Under the pieces are notes generated by a model that saw only the letters and a list, made by a program, of their open reading frames with translations, searched no databases and was not told the origin of the DNA. Source: Mobula hypostoma (Eukaryota). Taken from it: a stretch of DNA of 64,000 nt. How positions within the stretch are numbered: position 1 is the first letter of the stretch; each line of letters starts with the position of its first letter. This document shows, in pieces, positions 11,855-24,508 of the stretch. A program made the position numbers and the translations under genes. The stretch lies in the NCBI RefSeq assembly GCF_963921235.1, contig NC_086108.1:33110001-33174000 (forward strand). The letters are read 5' to 3'.

Positions 11855-13539
11855 AATGGGATAACTTCACTCAACTTCATTTACCCCATCATTAAAATAC
11901 TCCTCCAACCTATGGACTCACTTTCAAAGACTCTGCATCTAATTTTCTCAGTATCTATTGCTTGTTTATTTATTATTATTTACCTCTTTTTGTATTTGCA
12001 CCATTTGTTGTCTTTTGCACACTGGTTGAACGCCTAATTTGATGCAGTCTTTCATTGCTTCTATTATGGTTATTATTCTATTATGGACTTATTGTGTATT
12101 CCCACAAGAAAATGAATCTCACAGTTTATATGGAGGAATATATGTACTTTGATAATATATTTACTTTGAACTTTGAATGCATTGGCATTGAGGTACTATG
12201 CCAAGACAAGGATGGGAATTTTAAAGAACACCTTGAATTTGGAGAAATGGTCAGAAGCAGCTAATGAAATATTTTGCGTGCTAATTCACTGATAACATTA
12301 CTTCACTTTGCTCATACAGTTCCAAAAGTCTTAATTCCAAGCGTTGAAATCCAACCTGTATTGGGGACGTAGTGCAGTGCCATTACACTTCAAAGGAGTT
12401 AGCATGGAAGCAGAACTCTCAGTGCCGTGTCCTACCCCATGTCTTTTTTCTTCTCTAAATAGCATACATCAAAATTTCCTGTGAACTTATTTCTGATGTT
12501 TAACAAATTTGCTTCCCAAAGACATAGAAGCTAGTTGCTGTGGCAACTCCCTACTTTAAATGTATAATGAGGCTCTGAAAAACCTTATATCTGAATTGCA
12601 CTGGCCACTGAGAATTTCCCTCATGATGAGTGACAATATGAAAGGTTTTTGAGGACATAGATTTTCAGAGTCTCGCGCTGAGAGATTAAGAATCTCATAG
12701 AGCAATGTGCCAAATTAGGAGGAGTCAGGTGTTCCCAGAACTGTGAAATTGTAATTATGAGGGAAGATTGGATAAGCTGGGGCTGATTTCTTTGGAGCAG
12801 AAGAGGCTCAAAGGAGCCTTGATGGAAGTGTATAAAATTATGGACATCCTGGATAATTTCCTACACTTCAATTAATCAGAGAATGATAGAAAACTTACCA
12901 CCCAGGAGGCAAATTAAATCTGTGGTGCATGTGCCAGTACTGCTTAAATGTGATGAGGGATGTACCAATTCTATTCTCTCAGTAAGTGAGTTCCATTCCC
13001 CTCTATCATCTGGGTGAAATATTTTCCCTCACCTCTTTACTAATCCTTCTAGCATTTGTTTTGAATGTAACCCTCTGGATCTCGCTTTCCTCCTAAGTAA
13101 GATTGGTCCCTCTTAGTTACTTTGAGCCCTTCACAATGTTCTCCAGATTTAAGTCTCCCAACTAATGCACTGACATAACATATCCAATATTTTCTTGTCG
13201 CTTCAATTTTCTGATTCTCAGTACCAACCCATGAGCATCGGAAATCTTCACAACCTAAAAGGTTAACCTGTTATCTCTCTCATTAGACAGACTACCTCTC
13301 CCACTGAGATTTTACCTAGCATTTTCTGTTTAATCATTTCAGATTTCCAGAAGTATTTTGTTTTTTGTTCCTTGCAGAGACCAAAATAGTAATCCTAAAA
13401 CATGGATTCTGTAAAAAAAAATGTGCTCTTTCTTTTCATGGTCTTCCTTATTGTTAGCAATTCAGTGATCAAACCCAACACAGTGAATTTTATATCCAGT
13501 TGCTGCTAAGACTGCAATTGGCACACTAAAGCAATATGA

Positions 13540-13990
13540 TTGCAATGGGTAAAGTAGAGATTCACCAGAATGATGCCTGGGATGAGACATTTCAATTATA
13601 GGAGGAGATTGCACAGACTGGGTTTACTTTTCTTGGAGCAGAGGACAGGCATTGTGTGAGAACCTGACTGACAGTGTACAAAATCATGTGGCGTGTACAT
13701 AAGTTACGGAAGATAGTGAAAACTTTTTCTCATGATGGAGGACTTAAGTTAAGGGTTAGCTGGTAAAGGTTTAGAGGGGATAAGAGGAAGGGACTTTGAG
13801 ACAGAGGGTGATTTAAGTCTGGAGTGCACTGCCTGACTGGATGGTGCAGGCAGGTTATTTAACGAGTTACTTGAATCGCCTAGGATTAGAAGGCTACAGG
13901 CCAAATGCTGGTGAATGGGATCCGCATAGATGTGTGGACATGAACAAGCTAGGCTAAAGGGCCTGCTTCTGGGTTGTATGAATCTATGAT
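13540..13990 (+). mobile_element. Old CR1 3' fragment
   Basis: agattcaccagaatgatgcctggg...ttggagcagagg and tail gggcctgcttctgggttgtatgaatctatg. Confidence 0.7.
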
Positions 13991-14445
13991 TTATACCAAT
14001 TTTCATATTAAATTCCTGAACTGAATAGTCTAAAGGAAACATTCTTTCAGGATGATTGACGCTATACACTGCTATAAATTTTGTTTACACAAAATGCCCA
14101 AGCTAACATCATAAATCACCTGAGTTTGGGTGGAGAGGGAAATCATATCTGGAGAACAAGAGTACAGACAGAATCAGTGGGAGATACTAAGTGATGCAAT
14201 CTTCTGTCATCTAATATAATGTGGAAGTGAGATAGTGAACGTGAGACAGTGATAGTCCCTATTTACTGGAGGAAGGCAGACTTACTTGGCCATAGTACCC
14301 ATTTGATATTACTGTGTTATTTATCCAGTGTATCCTGTTACTTCTCTAGCATGCCTTGGATGCAATGAAATAATATATCAGGAATATTGAAGCATTGGTG
14401 CTGGGATTTTTTTCCACAGCTTAATGCTGGAAGCTTTCCCAAGTA

Positions 14446-14805
14446 TCATCTCATTATTATGTGCCATGTCATATGACGAGGGCAACCAAGGTCTCATGGC
14501 TATGATTGTTTTTGGCAAATTTTTCTACAGAAGTGGTTTGCCATTGTCTTCTGGGCAGCGTCTTTACAAGACGGGTGACCCGAGCCATTATCAATACTCT
14601 TCAGAGGTTGTCTGCTTGGTGTAAGTGGACGCATAACCAGGACTTGTGATATGTACCAGCTGCTCGTACGGCCATCCACCACCTGCTCCCATGGCTTCAC
14701 GTGACTCTGACTAGGGGGCTAAGCAGGGGCTACACCTTGCCCAAGGGTGACCAGCAGCCTGGCAGAGGGAAGGAGCGCCTTACACCTCCTTTGATGCAGA
14801 CATGT
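14446..14805 (-). mobile_element. RTE-related non-autonomous SINE-like element
   Basis: Reverse complement of 45265-45620, with a Bov-A/RTE-like motif aatggcaaaccacttctgta and an (ATG/ATA)n tail. Confidence 0.7.
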
Positions 14806-15829
14806 AGAGAATTCAATAAGAACATCATTACATTGCTTCCTTAATTCATTTCCTTGGTTACCTACTGATCATAGTGTTTATTCTCATTAACTCTCAGTGT
14901 GAGTGACTTATCCTAGATCATAAATTGCAATAAATCTTGAAACTGATTCCTTTTACCATGCAGTGCACTCCAGATTCCAATCACACTCTGTGTCAAAGAC
15001 CACTTCTACCTGAGTGGATAGTGCGGGTAGGACAGACCATGAATACCTAAACCTCTCATGAATACCTTATTTGTCATCGATTTTGATTCCTTCACCACAT
15101 TTTATTCTTCATACTCTCCCGAAAATGTTAACCCCTGCTGGAGTTTATTTCTATCAGCCATGCCCCATGCAGGGTAATTGGCTGCAAAGTCTTTAATCAA
15201 ACAACTAATCAAAATATGTCTGAATTCTTCTCCAGATTTCCCAATGTGGAAGGCTAAAAATTACAGTGAAAAGAGCAAGTTGAGACTTTGGGACACATGA
15301 AGAGTCTAGGAGTCTCGCTTGCCAATACCTTAATAATGATAACTCTGTTGTACCAGCCACTGTTGCCCTTCCCTTTATTTTCAAATTGAGCACTGGCTTC
15401 CCTTTTACATGCCTCAATTAATTTTCCATCTGAGGATTTTGCAGTTTGCATTTTCATCCTTCTATGTGTGATTCTGATTGCCAGTTGCTTTTAGCGATCT
15501 AGTTTCAAATTCTAATGTTCCATCTTCTTTAATGTGTGAGCTTGCATGGGGAGCAGTGACTGAGCAAACTTCTCATTTGGTGGATTGGGGGTGGAGGGGC
15601 GGGGAGTGAATTTCACTGCTTTTTTACATCATTTGACACTTTTGCAAGAGCAGCCTCATTCTCCGCACTTGCCAACCAAACTTAATTTCAGGGCTCGGGG
15701 AGAAGGGTGGGGTGGAATAACCTTCATCTTTCTTCCCCCACTAGCACCGGCTGCAATGGTGACTTAATCCTTTTCAGTGAGCATCTTGATTTTAATAACA
15801 ACTTGTATTTATCAGGCTTCTTTAACTTA

Positions 15830-16315
15830 GTAACAAAGTCCATCAAAGGGATGTAAAACAAAACAGTGAACCATTTAATATGTGTGTAGACAACCAAACC
15901 ATTGCTCGAAGAACGAGCTTCTAAGTAGGGCTTTAAAGGCAAAAGGAGATGAGGAGTGCTGGGGACATTTAAGGAGAGAATTCCATAGCTTAGAGCATTG
16001 CCAGTTGAAGACCCCGTCTGCAAAGGCAGAACAATTAAAATTCAGGATGGGCATGAGGCCATAATAAAAGGATAGATATTTCAGTGGGTTTCAGGGATGA
16101 AGGATGACACAGAGTTGGGGAGAGGTGTGGCACGTGAAGAATGAGAATTTTAAAACTGAGCTTTTGCTTAATCAAGAACTACTCTGCCAGCAAACGAAGG
16201 TATAATGAACCATGGGCCATGTTAGGAACAAATGTTTTAGGATCTCAGACTTATGAAGAATAGACCATTGAGGTGGTCTATTGGAATATGGAATAGTGTA
16301 GTCCTGATGTGACAA
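15830..16315 (-). mobile_element. Old L2/CR1-superfamily LINE fragment
   Basis: Decayed 3' region (ggagagaattccatagcttagagc...gtgaagaatgagaattttaaaa) resembling vertebrate L2 relics. Confidence 0.5.
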
Positions 16316-17337
16316 AAGTAATCTTTAACTCAGCCAATGCGGACAATTATATTCACTAACGGGATAGATACTTGTGGGTAGGATCATAAATTATGGTTGA
16401 GTTTCCTTTTCCAGTTCAAGTTACATTATCTGTACACCAACTAGGACAGCAACTGCTGCTGTAACTAAGATCACTAGGACAGTAACAACTAGAACTACAA
16501 AGGAGTTCTTGTGGCCTCCATGGTGTCATTTGGGATCTATTCTTTTAAATCAGTTTTGCTATGGAGAACTGAAAGACAACAAGTTGAAAGCTTTTCTTGG
16601 TGAGCTGTATTCAACACAATTTTCCTTTCAACCCTGAGTCACAGAGTCAAGTAGCTTGAAAACAAACTCCTCAGCTTGCAGTCCATAAAGACCAACAAGT
16701 ACCCATCGTTTTAGAATTCTAAGTCGATGACAAACAGGTTATTTCTGGAAGGTTTGGACATTCCTGAGCTGCCAGCTAGTGCAGTTGCTCTTGTTCAGAG
16801 ATACCTACCAAACATTGTGGGAGACAACATGTAAAATGCATCTGAAGAACAAATAATCTGTTTTCCAGGCTCCCAAATGTTGGCGGGCTATTTGGGAGAA
16901 GTTTTAGTGAGTTGTTCCTGCATCCTGTCAGTCACAGGTTTAAGCAATGAAGAGTGCTGAGTGAAGGAGGAAAAAACACATTAAAGAGTTTCCTGTGGCT
17001 CATGTGAACGAAAGAATCAGTAGTAGGACAACAGAAGCAGGAAGTGCGCTCTGCTCCTGAGCCCTTGTGCTCGTGTTCTCCATGAGGTCAAACTTTACAT
17101 CTGATTTTTAAGTTTTCCAGGAAAAAAGAATTGGCCAGTCTTCTAGCTTGTCCTTGCTACCCATTTGCCCTAAGCTGGAAGAGTCCACATGAAACTTTTT
17201 GAATAAGGCAAGACTACTCGTAACTGTCTTGGGACTATTGTGTAGCATGTCAACAACCTAGGCTTGTGCAAATAGAGGCTACCGGGCATTGCAATAGAGA
17301 GGTATCATGTTCTGGAAAGCAACTCCATATTGAAATT

Positions 17338-18116
17338 CCGTGGATTCTGTTTAATCGGGGAAACAGCTTACTCGAGACAAATCTTAAAGAACAAAAAACT
17401 AAGTGAGAAAATAGCCGGCATTCCCCTTGTTTATTTGGGACACCATGCAGCTTAATTGGGATAAGAGACTATTGCCAAAGTTTCTAACTAGCGTCAGTCA
17501 TGTGCACTTGTGTGGCTGTTAAGCACTACATTGTGCTTAGAGCGAGCAGTTTTTTAGAAGTAGTGTCAGCTGAGTTTGTCTGTGTTCAAAAAGCGGTGAT
17601 TTTTGTCGTTGATAACTAGCAAGAAACAAGCATTAAGCCAATTTGGAATTGTTTTGCTCACTGCAGTTTCAAGGCTTGGAGATGCCAGAAACGGCTGGAG
17701 TTGAAAATGAAATGATTTCACTTTTTCAACAATGAGGAACTACGAAGAATTTGAAGGTATTGACAATCATCTCGAAGGCTGGAATGAAAATGCAATTGTC
17801 GAACGTGTTGTTTGAAGGCAGTTCATTATCGGCACTAGGTGACTTTGTTCATTTAGAGCCAATCAAAAGAACACATCAGCATACACTGGATGAATTCCTA
17901 ACTAATGGAACTACAGTTTTATAGTACCGTAGTAGTATTAGTAGTATTCTAATTTGTGCTGCATTTTATTTGAATGTGTAATTTGTTACTGAGTTAAATG
18001 GTAGGTTTTTTAATACATTTTAAACTATTTCCAATAAGCTTCGAGAATTGGTGCAGCCACTTAATTGAGTCCAAATGTAGTGGTCCCGACATGCCTCAAT
18101 TAAACAGAATCCTCTG
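17338..18116 (+). mobile_element. pogo/Tigger-type MITE
   Basis: TIRs CCGTGGATTCTGTTTAAT / ATTAAACAGAATCCTCTG followed by TA; acidic remnant NYEEFEGIDNHLE. Confidence 0.75.
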
Positions 18117-18117
18117 T

Positions 18118-18405
18118 ATTTATCTGACTTGGAGATACATCCCAGAACAGGCCCTTCCAGACCAACAAGCCGGACTACACAGCAACTCATCTATTTAACC
18201 CTAGCCTAATCACAGGCCAATTTACAATGATCAATGATCACTACGCCTTTGGGCTGTGGGAGGAAACCAAAGCACCCGGAGGAAACTCGCACGGCCACGG
18301 GAAGAACGTAAAAGCTCCTTACAGACCACGCTGAAATTGAATTCCAAACTCTGACACCCCAAGCTGTAATAGCGTCACGCCAACTGCTAAGCTACTGTGG
18401 CACCC
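18118..18405 (-). mobile_element. tRNA-derived V-SINE (HE1-like)
   Basis: Minus strand has an A box (tagcttagcagtt), a B box (gaattcaatttc), the V-domain core gggtgctttggtttcctcccacag and a CR1-like tail. Confidence 0.8.
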
Positions 18406-18730
18406 TAAATGGTCAGTAAAGACTTTGTAGAACAGCAGGACCCAAGGATACAAGTACTTAGTTCCCTGAAACAAGTGACACAATTAGCTATGTTAGAGAA
18501 GAAGGCATACGGCATTCTTGCCGTCATCAGTTAGGAGAGTACACACAAGAGTTGGGATGTCATGTTACTGCTGTATAGGATGTTAAGACCGCACCCGCCA
18601 AATAGTGAGAAGATCTAGTTACCATACGATGGAAAACATATGCTTAAGGTAGATAGGGTGCAGAAAAAATTCACAAGACTGACTGACAAGGGAACTGGAC
18701 AACTTCAATAATAATAAGAGAATGGTGGAT

Positions 18731-18942
18731 AGCAACACAGACCAAATGCTGGCCAGGCATCATCTAGTCGACATTTCGGGCCGAGACCCTTCATCAGAAC
18801 TGGAGGAAAAAATGTGAGGAGTCAGAGTGAGAAGATTGGGGGGGGGGAGGGAGGAAGAAGCACAAGGTGATAGGTGGGAGGGGGAGGGGTGAAGTAAAGA
18901 GCTGGGAAGTTGATTGGCTGGAGAAGGAGGAACCTGATTGGT
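18731..18942 (-). mobile_element. Penelope-like pLTR fragment
   Basis: Homologous to 27350-27587 in reverse orientation. Confidence 0.8.
18765..18802 (-). ncRNA. Minimal type I hammerhead ribozyme motif (Penelope-associated)
   Basis: Minus strand AGUU-CUGAUGA-A-GGGU(CUCG)GCCC-GAAA-UGUC-GACU: conserved core, stem II, stem I AGUU/GACU and a GUC triplet. Confidence 0.65.
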
Positions 18943-19944
18943 AGCCTGGTTCTGCTTTCTCCGAAGCAAAGGAGGCCACGGGATCATCTTATGGTAACAT
19001 ATAAAATCATGAAGATCAGAGATATGATGGATTGTCACAGTTTATTTGCCAAGGGAGGGAAATCTAGAGTCATAGGGTTAAAGTGAACGGGGAAAGATTT
19101 AAAGGGGACAAGAGAAGCAAGTTTTCCACAGAGGTTGATGGGTACATGGAATGAGCTGCCTGAGGGAATGCAAGAGGCAGGTACAATTACAGTGTCTAAA
19201 AGATATTTGGTCAGGTTTCTAAAAGGATAGGGTTGGTGACTTTTTGCATTCCAAGCATTGGCTTGACAAAGCAAATCAAGTTGCTTCACTTTTGTGCTTC
19301 TCATCTGATCCAGCACTAATCCCTCAGGACATATTAAACCGGGTACCTCTCATCTTTTCCTTCTGCTTGGCTTAATGGCTTGTGGTTAACTCTCATCATT
19401 TACAGCAAATGAAGTTACCTCCAGACCATGAAAGAAACAATATCTAATGTCTGTGGTCTTCTCACATTAACCCAAACTTCCAGAGAAAGCAACACACACA
19501 AGGCATCAGTTTAATGTCAAGTTTAAGAAGGCTAATGTCTATGTTAGTGCACTGGAATACCAGCCCAGATGACACGCTCAATTTCTGTTGTGCTTGTGAA
19601 TGATTGTATTTGCAAAGGTGCAGCAGGGTACAACCAGAAAAGAGATAGTCTTAAAATCCCTTTCTAAATTCCTGAATTGTCTTATGTAAACCAAACACTC
19701 AATTTTATTCCTTTTGTTAGCAATCTAAAATAAATGAATCTAGCCAATAACTGGATGAGTCTCCCTTCAATAAGCAGTAAGGCATTTGATGGTTTCAAAG
19801 TGCAGACTGAAGTTACACACTAGTAACTTCACTCCTGATGTCCATTGTGGGTTAGGGCAGGAGCCTTCGACTCTCAACTGTACACTAAGGAAGTTGTTTG
19901 TGGTTGTTGAAAGGCATCACTTCAGGAGTTCCTCAGGTATATGT

Positions 19945-20232
19945 TATAGAGTCATGGAGCCATACAAGAAATCAGACCCTTCAACCCAGTTCATTTAATT
20001 CTACCCACTTCTCTCCATTAACTTCCCTCCAGATTCCATCACCCAACTACACAGTGACAAAAATTTACATTGGCCAATTGACCAACCAATCTGCACATCT
20101 TTGAGACATGGGAGGAAACCAGAGCACCTTGGGAAATGAGGGCAGTCACAGGATGAACATTCACTCTCCACACTGTGAGCACCTGAGGTGTGGATTGAAG
20201 CCAGGTTACTGGAGCAGTGAGGGAGCATTTCA
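19945..20232 (-). mobile_element. tRNA-derived V-SINE
   Basis: Plus-strand gggaggaaaccagagcacc (V-domain) and ggattgaagcc (B box) with a CR1-like tail. Confidence 0.7.
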
Positions 20233-20242
20233 ACAAACTGCA

Positions 20243-22807
20243 AGATAAAAGGACCCTATTATATACAGGCCTCCCAACAGAAGCTGGGATGTGGACCACA
20301 GATTACAACAGGAAATAGAAAAGGCATGTCAGAAGGGCAATGTTATGATAGTCATAGGAGATTTCAACATGCAGGTGAATTGGGAAAATCAGGTTGGTAA
20401 TGGATCTGAAAAGAATGAGTTTGTCGAACGCCTGCAAGATGGCTTTTTACAGCAGTTTGTTGTTGAGCCTACCGGGGGAATCAGCTATAGTGGATTGGGT
20501 GTTATGTAATGAACCAGAGGCAATTAGGGAGCTTGAGGTAAAAGAACACTTAGGAGGCAGTGATCACAATATGATTGAGTTCAACTTGGAATTTGATAGG
20601 GAGAAAGTAAAGTCTGGCATAGCAGTATTTCAGTGGAGTAAAGGAAATTACAATGGTATGAGAGAGGAGTTGGCCAAAATAAATTGGAAGTAGCTGCTGG
20701 CAGGGATGACAGCAGAGCAGAAATGGCTTGAGTTTCTGGGAAAAATGAGGAAGGTGCAGGATAGATGTATTCCAAAAACAAAGAAATACTGAAATGGCAA
20801 AATAGTACTGTGGCTGACAAGGGAAGTCAAAGCTAATGTAAAAGCAAAAGAGAGGGCATAAAACAAAGCAAAAATTAATGAGAAAACAGAGGATTGGGAA
20901 GCTTTTAAAAACTAACAGAGAGCAACTAAAAGAAACATTAGGAGGGAAAAGATGAAATATGAAAGCAAGCTAGCAAACAATATCAAAGTGGATAGTAAAA
21001 GTTTTTTCAAGTATGTTAAATATAAAAGAGAGATGAGAGCGGATATAGGACCGCCAGAAAATGAGGTTGGAGAAATAATAGCGAGGCCAGGGAGATGGCA
21101 GTTGAACTAAATTACTATTTTGCATCAGTCTTCACTGTGGAAGACACAAGCAGTGTGCCAGGTGTTGAAGGGTGTGAGGGAAGAGAAGTGAGTACGGTTA
21201 CTATTACAAGGGAGAAGGTGCTCAAAAAGTTGAAAGACCTATAAGAATATAAGTCACCTGGACCAGATGAACAGCACACTAGGGTTCTGAAAGAGGTAGC
21301 GGTAGAGATTGTGGAGGCATTAGTAATGATCTTTCAAAAACCATTGGACTCTGGCGTGGTGCCAGAGGGCTGGAAAATTGCAAATGTCACTCCACTGTTT
21401 AAGAAAGGAGGAAGGCAGCAGAAAAGAAATTATAGACCAGTTAGCCTGACCTCAGTGGTTGGGAAGATGTTGGAGTCAATTGTTAAGGATGAGGTGGTGG
21501 AGTACGTGGAGACACAGGACAAGATAGTACAAAGTTAGATAGTTTCCTTAAGGGAAAATCTTGCTGACAAACCTGTTGGAATTCTGTGAGGAGATTAAAG
21601 GTTCAATAGATAAAGGGATGCAGTGGATATTGTATATTCGGACTTTCAGAAGGCCTTTGACAAGTTAAGAGCCCATGGTATTACAGGAAAGCTATTGGCA
21701 TGGTTAGAGCATTTTCTGATTGGTAAGAGGAAGTGAATAGGAATAAAAGGATCCTTTTCTGGTTGGCTGTCAGTGACTATTGGTGTTCCGCAGGGGTCGG
21801 TGTTGGGACCGCTTCTTTTTATGTTGTATATCAATGATTTAGATAATGGAATAGATGGCTTTGTTACCAAATTTGCAGACAATATGAAGACTGATGGAGA
21901 AGCAGGTAGTATTGAGGAAACAGGTTGGCTGCAGAAGGACTTAGACAGATTAGGAGAATAGGCAACAAAGTGGCAAATGAAATACAATGTTGGAAAATAC
22001 ATGGCCATGAACTTTGGTAGACGATATAAATGTACAGACACTTTTATAAATGGGGAAAAATCCAAAATTCTGAGATGGAAAGGAACTTGGGAGTTCTTGT
22101 GCAGAACACCCTGAAGGTTAACTTACAGGCTGAGCTAGTGATGAGGAAGGTAAATGCAATGTTAGCATTCATTTCAAGAGATCTAGAATACAAGAGCAGG
22201 GATGTGTCACTGAGGCTTTATATGGCACTGATGAGGCTTCGCCTTGAGTATTGTGAACAGTTTTTGGCTCCTCATGTAAGAAAGGATGTGCTGGTGTTGG
22301 AGAGGGTTCAGAGGAGGTTCAAAAGGATGATTCTGGGAATGAAAGGGTTATCATACGAGGAACTTTTGATAGTTCTGGCTCTGACCGCTCTGGAATTTAG
22401 AAGGATGTTGGGGGTGGAGTGTTCATTGAAACCTTTCGAATGTTGAAAGTCCTAGACAGAGTAGATGTGGAAAGGGTGTTTCCCATGGTGGTAAGTTTAG
22501 GCCAAGAGGGCACTGCCTCAGGATAGAGGGATGCCCATTTAAAACAGAGGTGCAGAGAAATTTCTTCCGCTGGAGTGTGGTGAATTTGTGGAATTTGGTA
22601 CCACAAGCAGCCTTGGAGGCCAGGCTGTTGGGTATATTTAAGGTGAGCTTGATAGGTTCTTGATTGGACACGGCATCAGAGGTTATAAGGAGAAGGTCAA
22701 GGAGTGGGGCTGGGGGGGGGAGGGGATCAGCCATGAATGAATGGCAGAGCAGACTCGATGGGCCAAATGGCTTAATTCTGCTTCTATGTCTCATGGTCAT
22801 ATGGTCT
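20243..22807 (+). mobile_element. CR1 LINE, 5'-truncated, ORF2 disrupted (second family, TATGGTC-type tail)
   Basis: IGDFN and GGSDHNMI (APE); NYRPVSLTSVVGKML and [13 protein letters not shown]...KFADN (RT); tail tcatggtcatatggtc. Confidence 0.95.
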
Positions 22808-22808
22808 T

Positions 22809-23629
22809 AAGATGGCACCAGCAACCAGCTCGACTAACAATGACGTCCTGCAGACAGTTCTTAAAACTACTTCTTATTTTAAATATACTTCTACTACTAA
22901 TCTGTGTACAACTGGAGGCTATAATTAGCATTTTTGATAATGTGTGTTTTGGGCCAACTGAGCAATCTGGTGCTTTTGCTGTCTCCATGAGAATTCAGCC
23001 TGGTAGACAGCAATATGCGGCCTAATGGTGGAGTGGGAGCCCATGACTGGCTCCTTAACTCGCCAATCTCACCAGTTAAAGTGCCATTCAAGATTGAAAT
23101 CAATGAGGATGAGAATGGAAGGTCAGTGGGCGTTCAGCGCCATCTGCTCGCCTTTGACTGGTCCTCCTCTCCCTCTCAGTTGCTGCTGCCAGTGGAAGGT
23201 GCAGGAGTCTTTGGTCTTGGACAAGGTTTGATCAGTTCGGTCTGTGGATTGGACTCATTGTTAGAAGTCTTTGCAGTCCATGTTATATATGTTTCTCATT
23301 TCTGGTTACACCTTTCTTTATTTGCGTGATTTGCGTGATTTTGTTCGAGATACTTTGGCACAGACTAGTGTTTGTTCAATGAACAACACAGCGCTAACTT
23401 GAACTAAACTGAATTGCACTGACCAGATTGTTTCAAGGACTTTGAGGTTTGACATTTAATATTCTGTGTGTTATTCGCTTATTTTTTGCCACTTGCACAC
23501 AATTTATTCTTTTTTTTTTGTGCCTTGGGTCTTTGAACAGGTTCCATGGTGTTTCTTTATGTCGTTGCTGCCTGTGGGAAAACAAATCTCAGGGTTGTAT
23601 ACTGCATATACACATTGAATCTTTGAATC
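22809..23629 (+). mobile_element. Non-autonomous Rex1-ended element
   Basis: 5' AAGATGGCACC resembles the Rex1 5' end at about 31245. 3' end aatctcagggttgtat...ttgaatctttgaatc resembles the Rex1 3' UTR at 12100-12178. Non-coding middle; related to 47509-48461. Confidence 0.65.
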
Positions 23630-24508
23630 ATGTCAAGTCCAATCAACTCAGGCTTTTGTCCATGGGCATAAGTACAATGAGATACAAGTACAATGAAAAA
23701 CTTGCTTGCTGCAACATCAAGGCACATCAGTATAAATAGTACACAGAATATAAAAATTATATTTCAGTTTTACATAAAATAATATCATTCAGTGAAAAGA
23801 AAGACAGTGCAAAAGTAAGACCTTGGTGCAAAAAGGACTAGTCACAATTGAAGAGAAGGTAAAGACAAGAAATTGAATGCTACCGGACTTGTTGAATGGT
23901 TGCAGCATTTTCTGTTTTTGTATCGATTTCTGCATCCTGCACCTTTTGTTTTGGTTTTCATCCTATGATCAATGTTGATCAGAAACTGGAATGGACGAGC
24001 CAATTAACCACAGGTTATATATAAGGGAATATTGTAGCTAATTGATTGCTTAAACTTTCATTCCCTTCACTAGCTGTACTTCACAGTGAGTCACTGTCCT
24101 GAGTTGATATAGGCCACAAGGTGAAGGTGCTCCCCCTTAAACTGTTAGGTAGGAGATTCCAGGATTTTGACCTGGTGACCATGAAGAAGTGACGGGATAT
24201 TTACAACTCAAAGGCAATAGCTTAATGAATGTGAAGAACTGTTAGTCGTGGTGTTTGTATGAACCTGCTACACTTTTCCATTGCTGTGGAAGGGAGCATG
24301 TCTTTGGGAGGTGCCGCTGGAGAATCTTGCTGCGTTGCTGTTGTGCATTTTGTATCTCTGCCTTTGCTTGTTGCTGTGCTTTGAAATACTACAATTCTCT
24401 GCTGAACCTCACTGGGGACATACCTTTAACACAGAGCCCTGTTTTGTTCAAAAAGGTAACCACAACTCACGAGGCTTCGTTACACATTAGATTTGTCAGA
24501 GTTTCCCG

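Larger units (their letters stand above)
3850..12178 (+). mobile_element. Full-length decayed Rex1/Babar LINE hosting nested CR1, Rex1 and Gypsy insertions
   Basis: 5' UTR is homologous to 31030-31250. APE remnant (SLENKIEDMR..., LCLMETWL, PRPHFGKLDHLSVLLLPAYRQRLK) runs to about 4990. The element resumes at 7571-7819 and 8751-9028 (SGPDEVPGQVLK, IISVPKKK). 3' UTR with tttgaac tail at 11855-12178. Confidence 0.8.
18410..19235 (+). mobile_element. Old CR1 3' fragment interrupted by a Penelope fragment
   Basis: Decayed match to the C-terminal coding part and 3' region of the other CR1 copies in this window. Confidence 0.7.

Noticed and set aside
12320..12372. Possible short last exon (PKVLIPSVEIQPVLGT*) after a good acceptor
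   Set aside because: No homology, no upstream partner exons, and compatible with chance.
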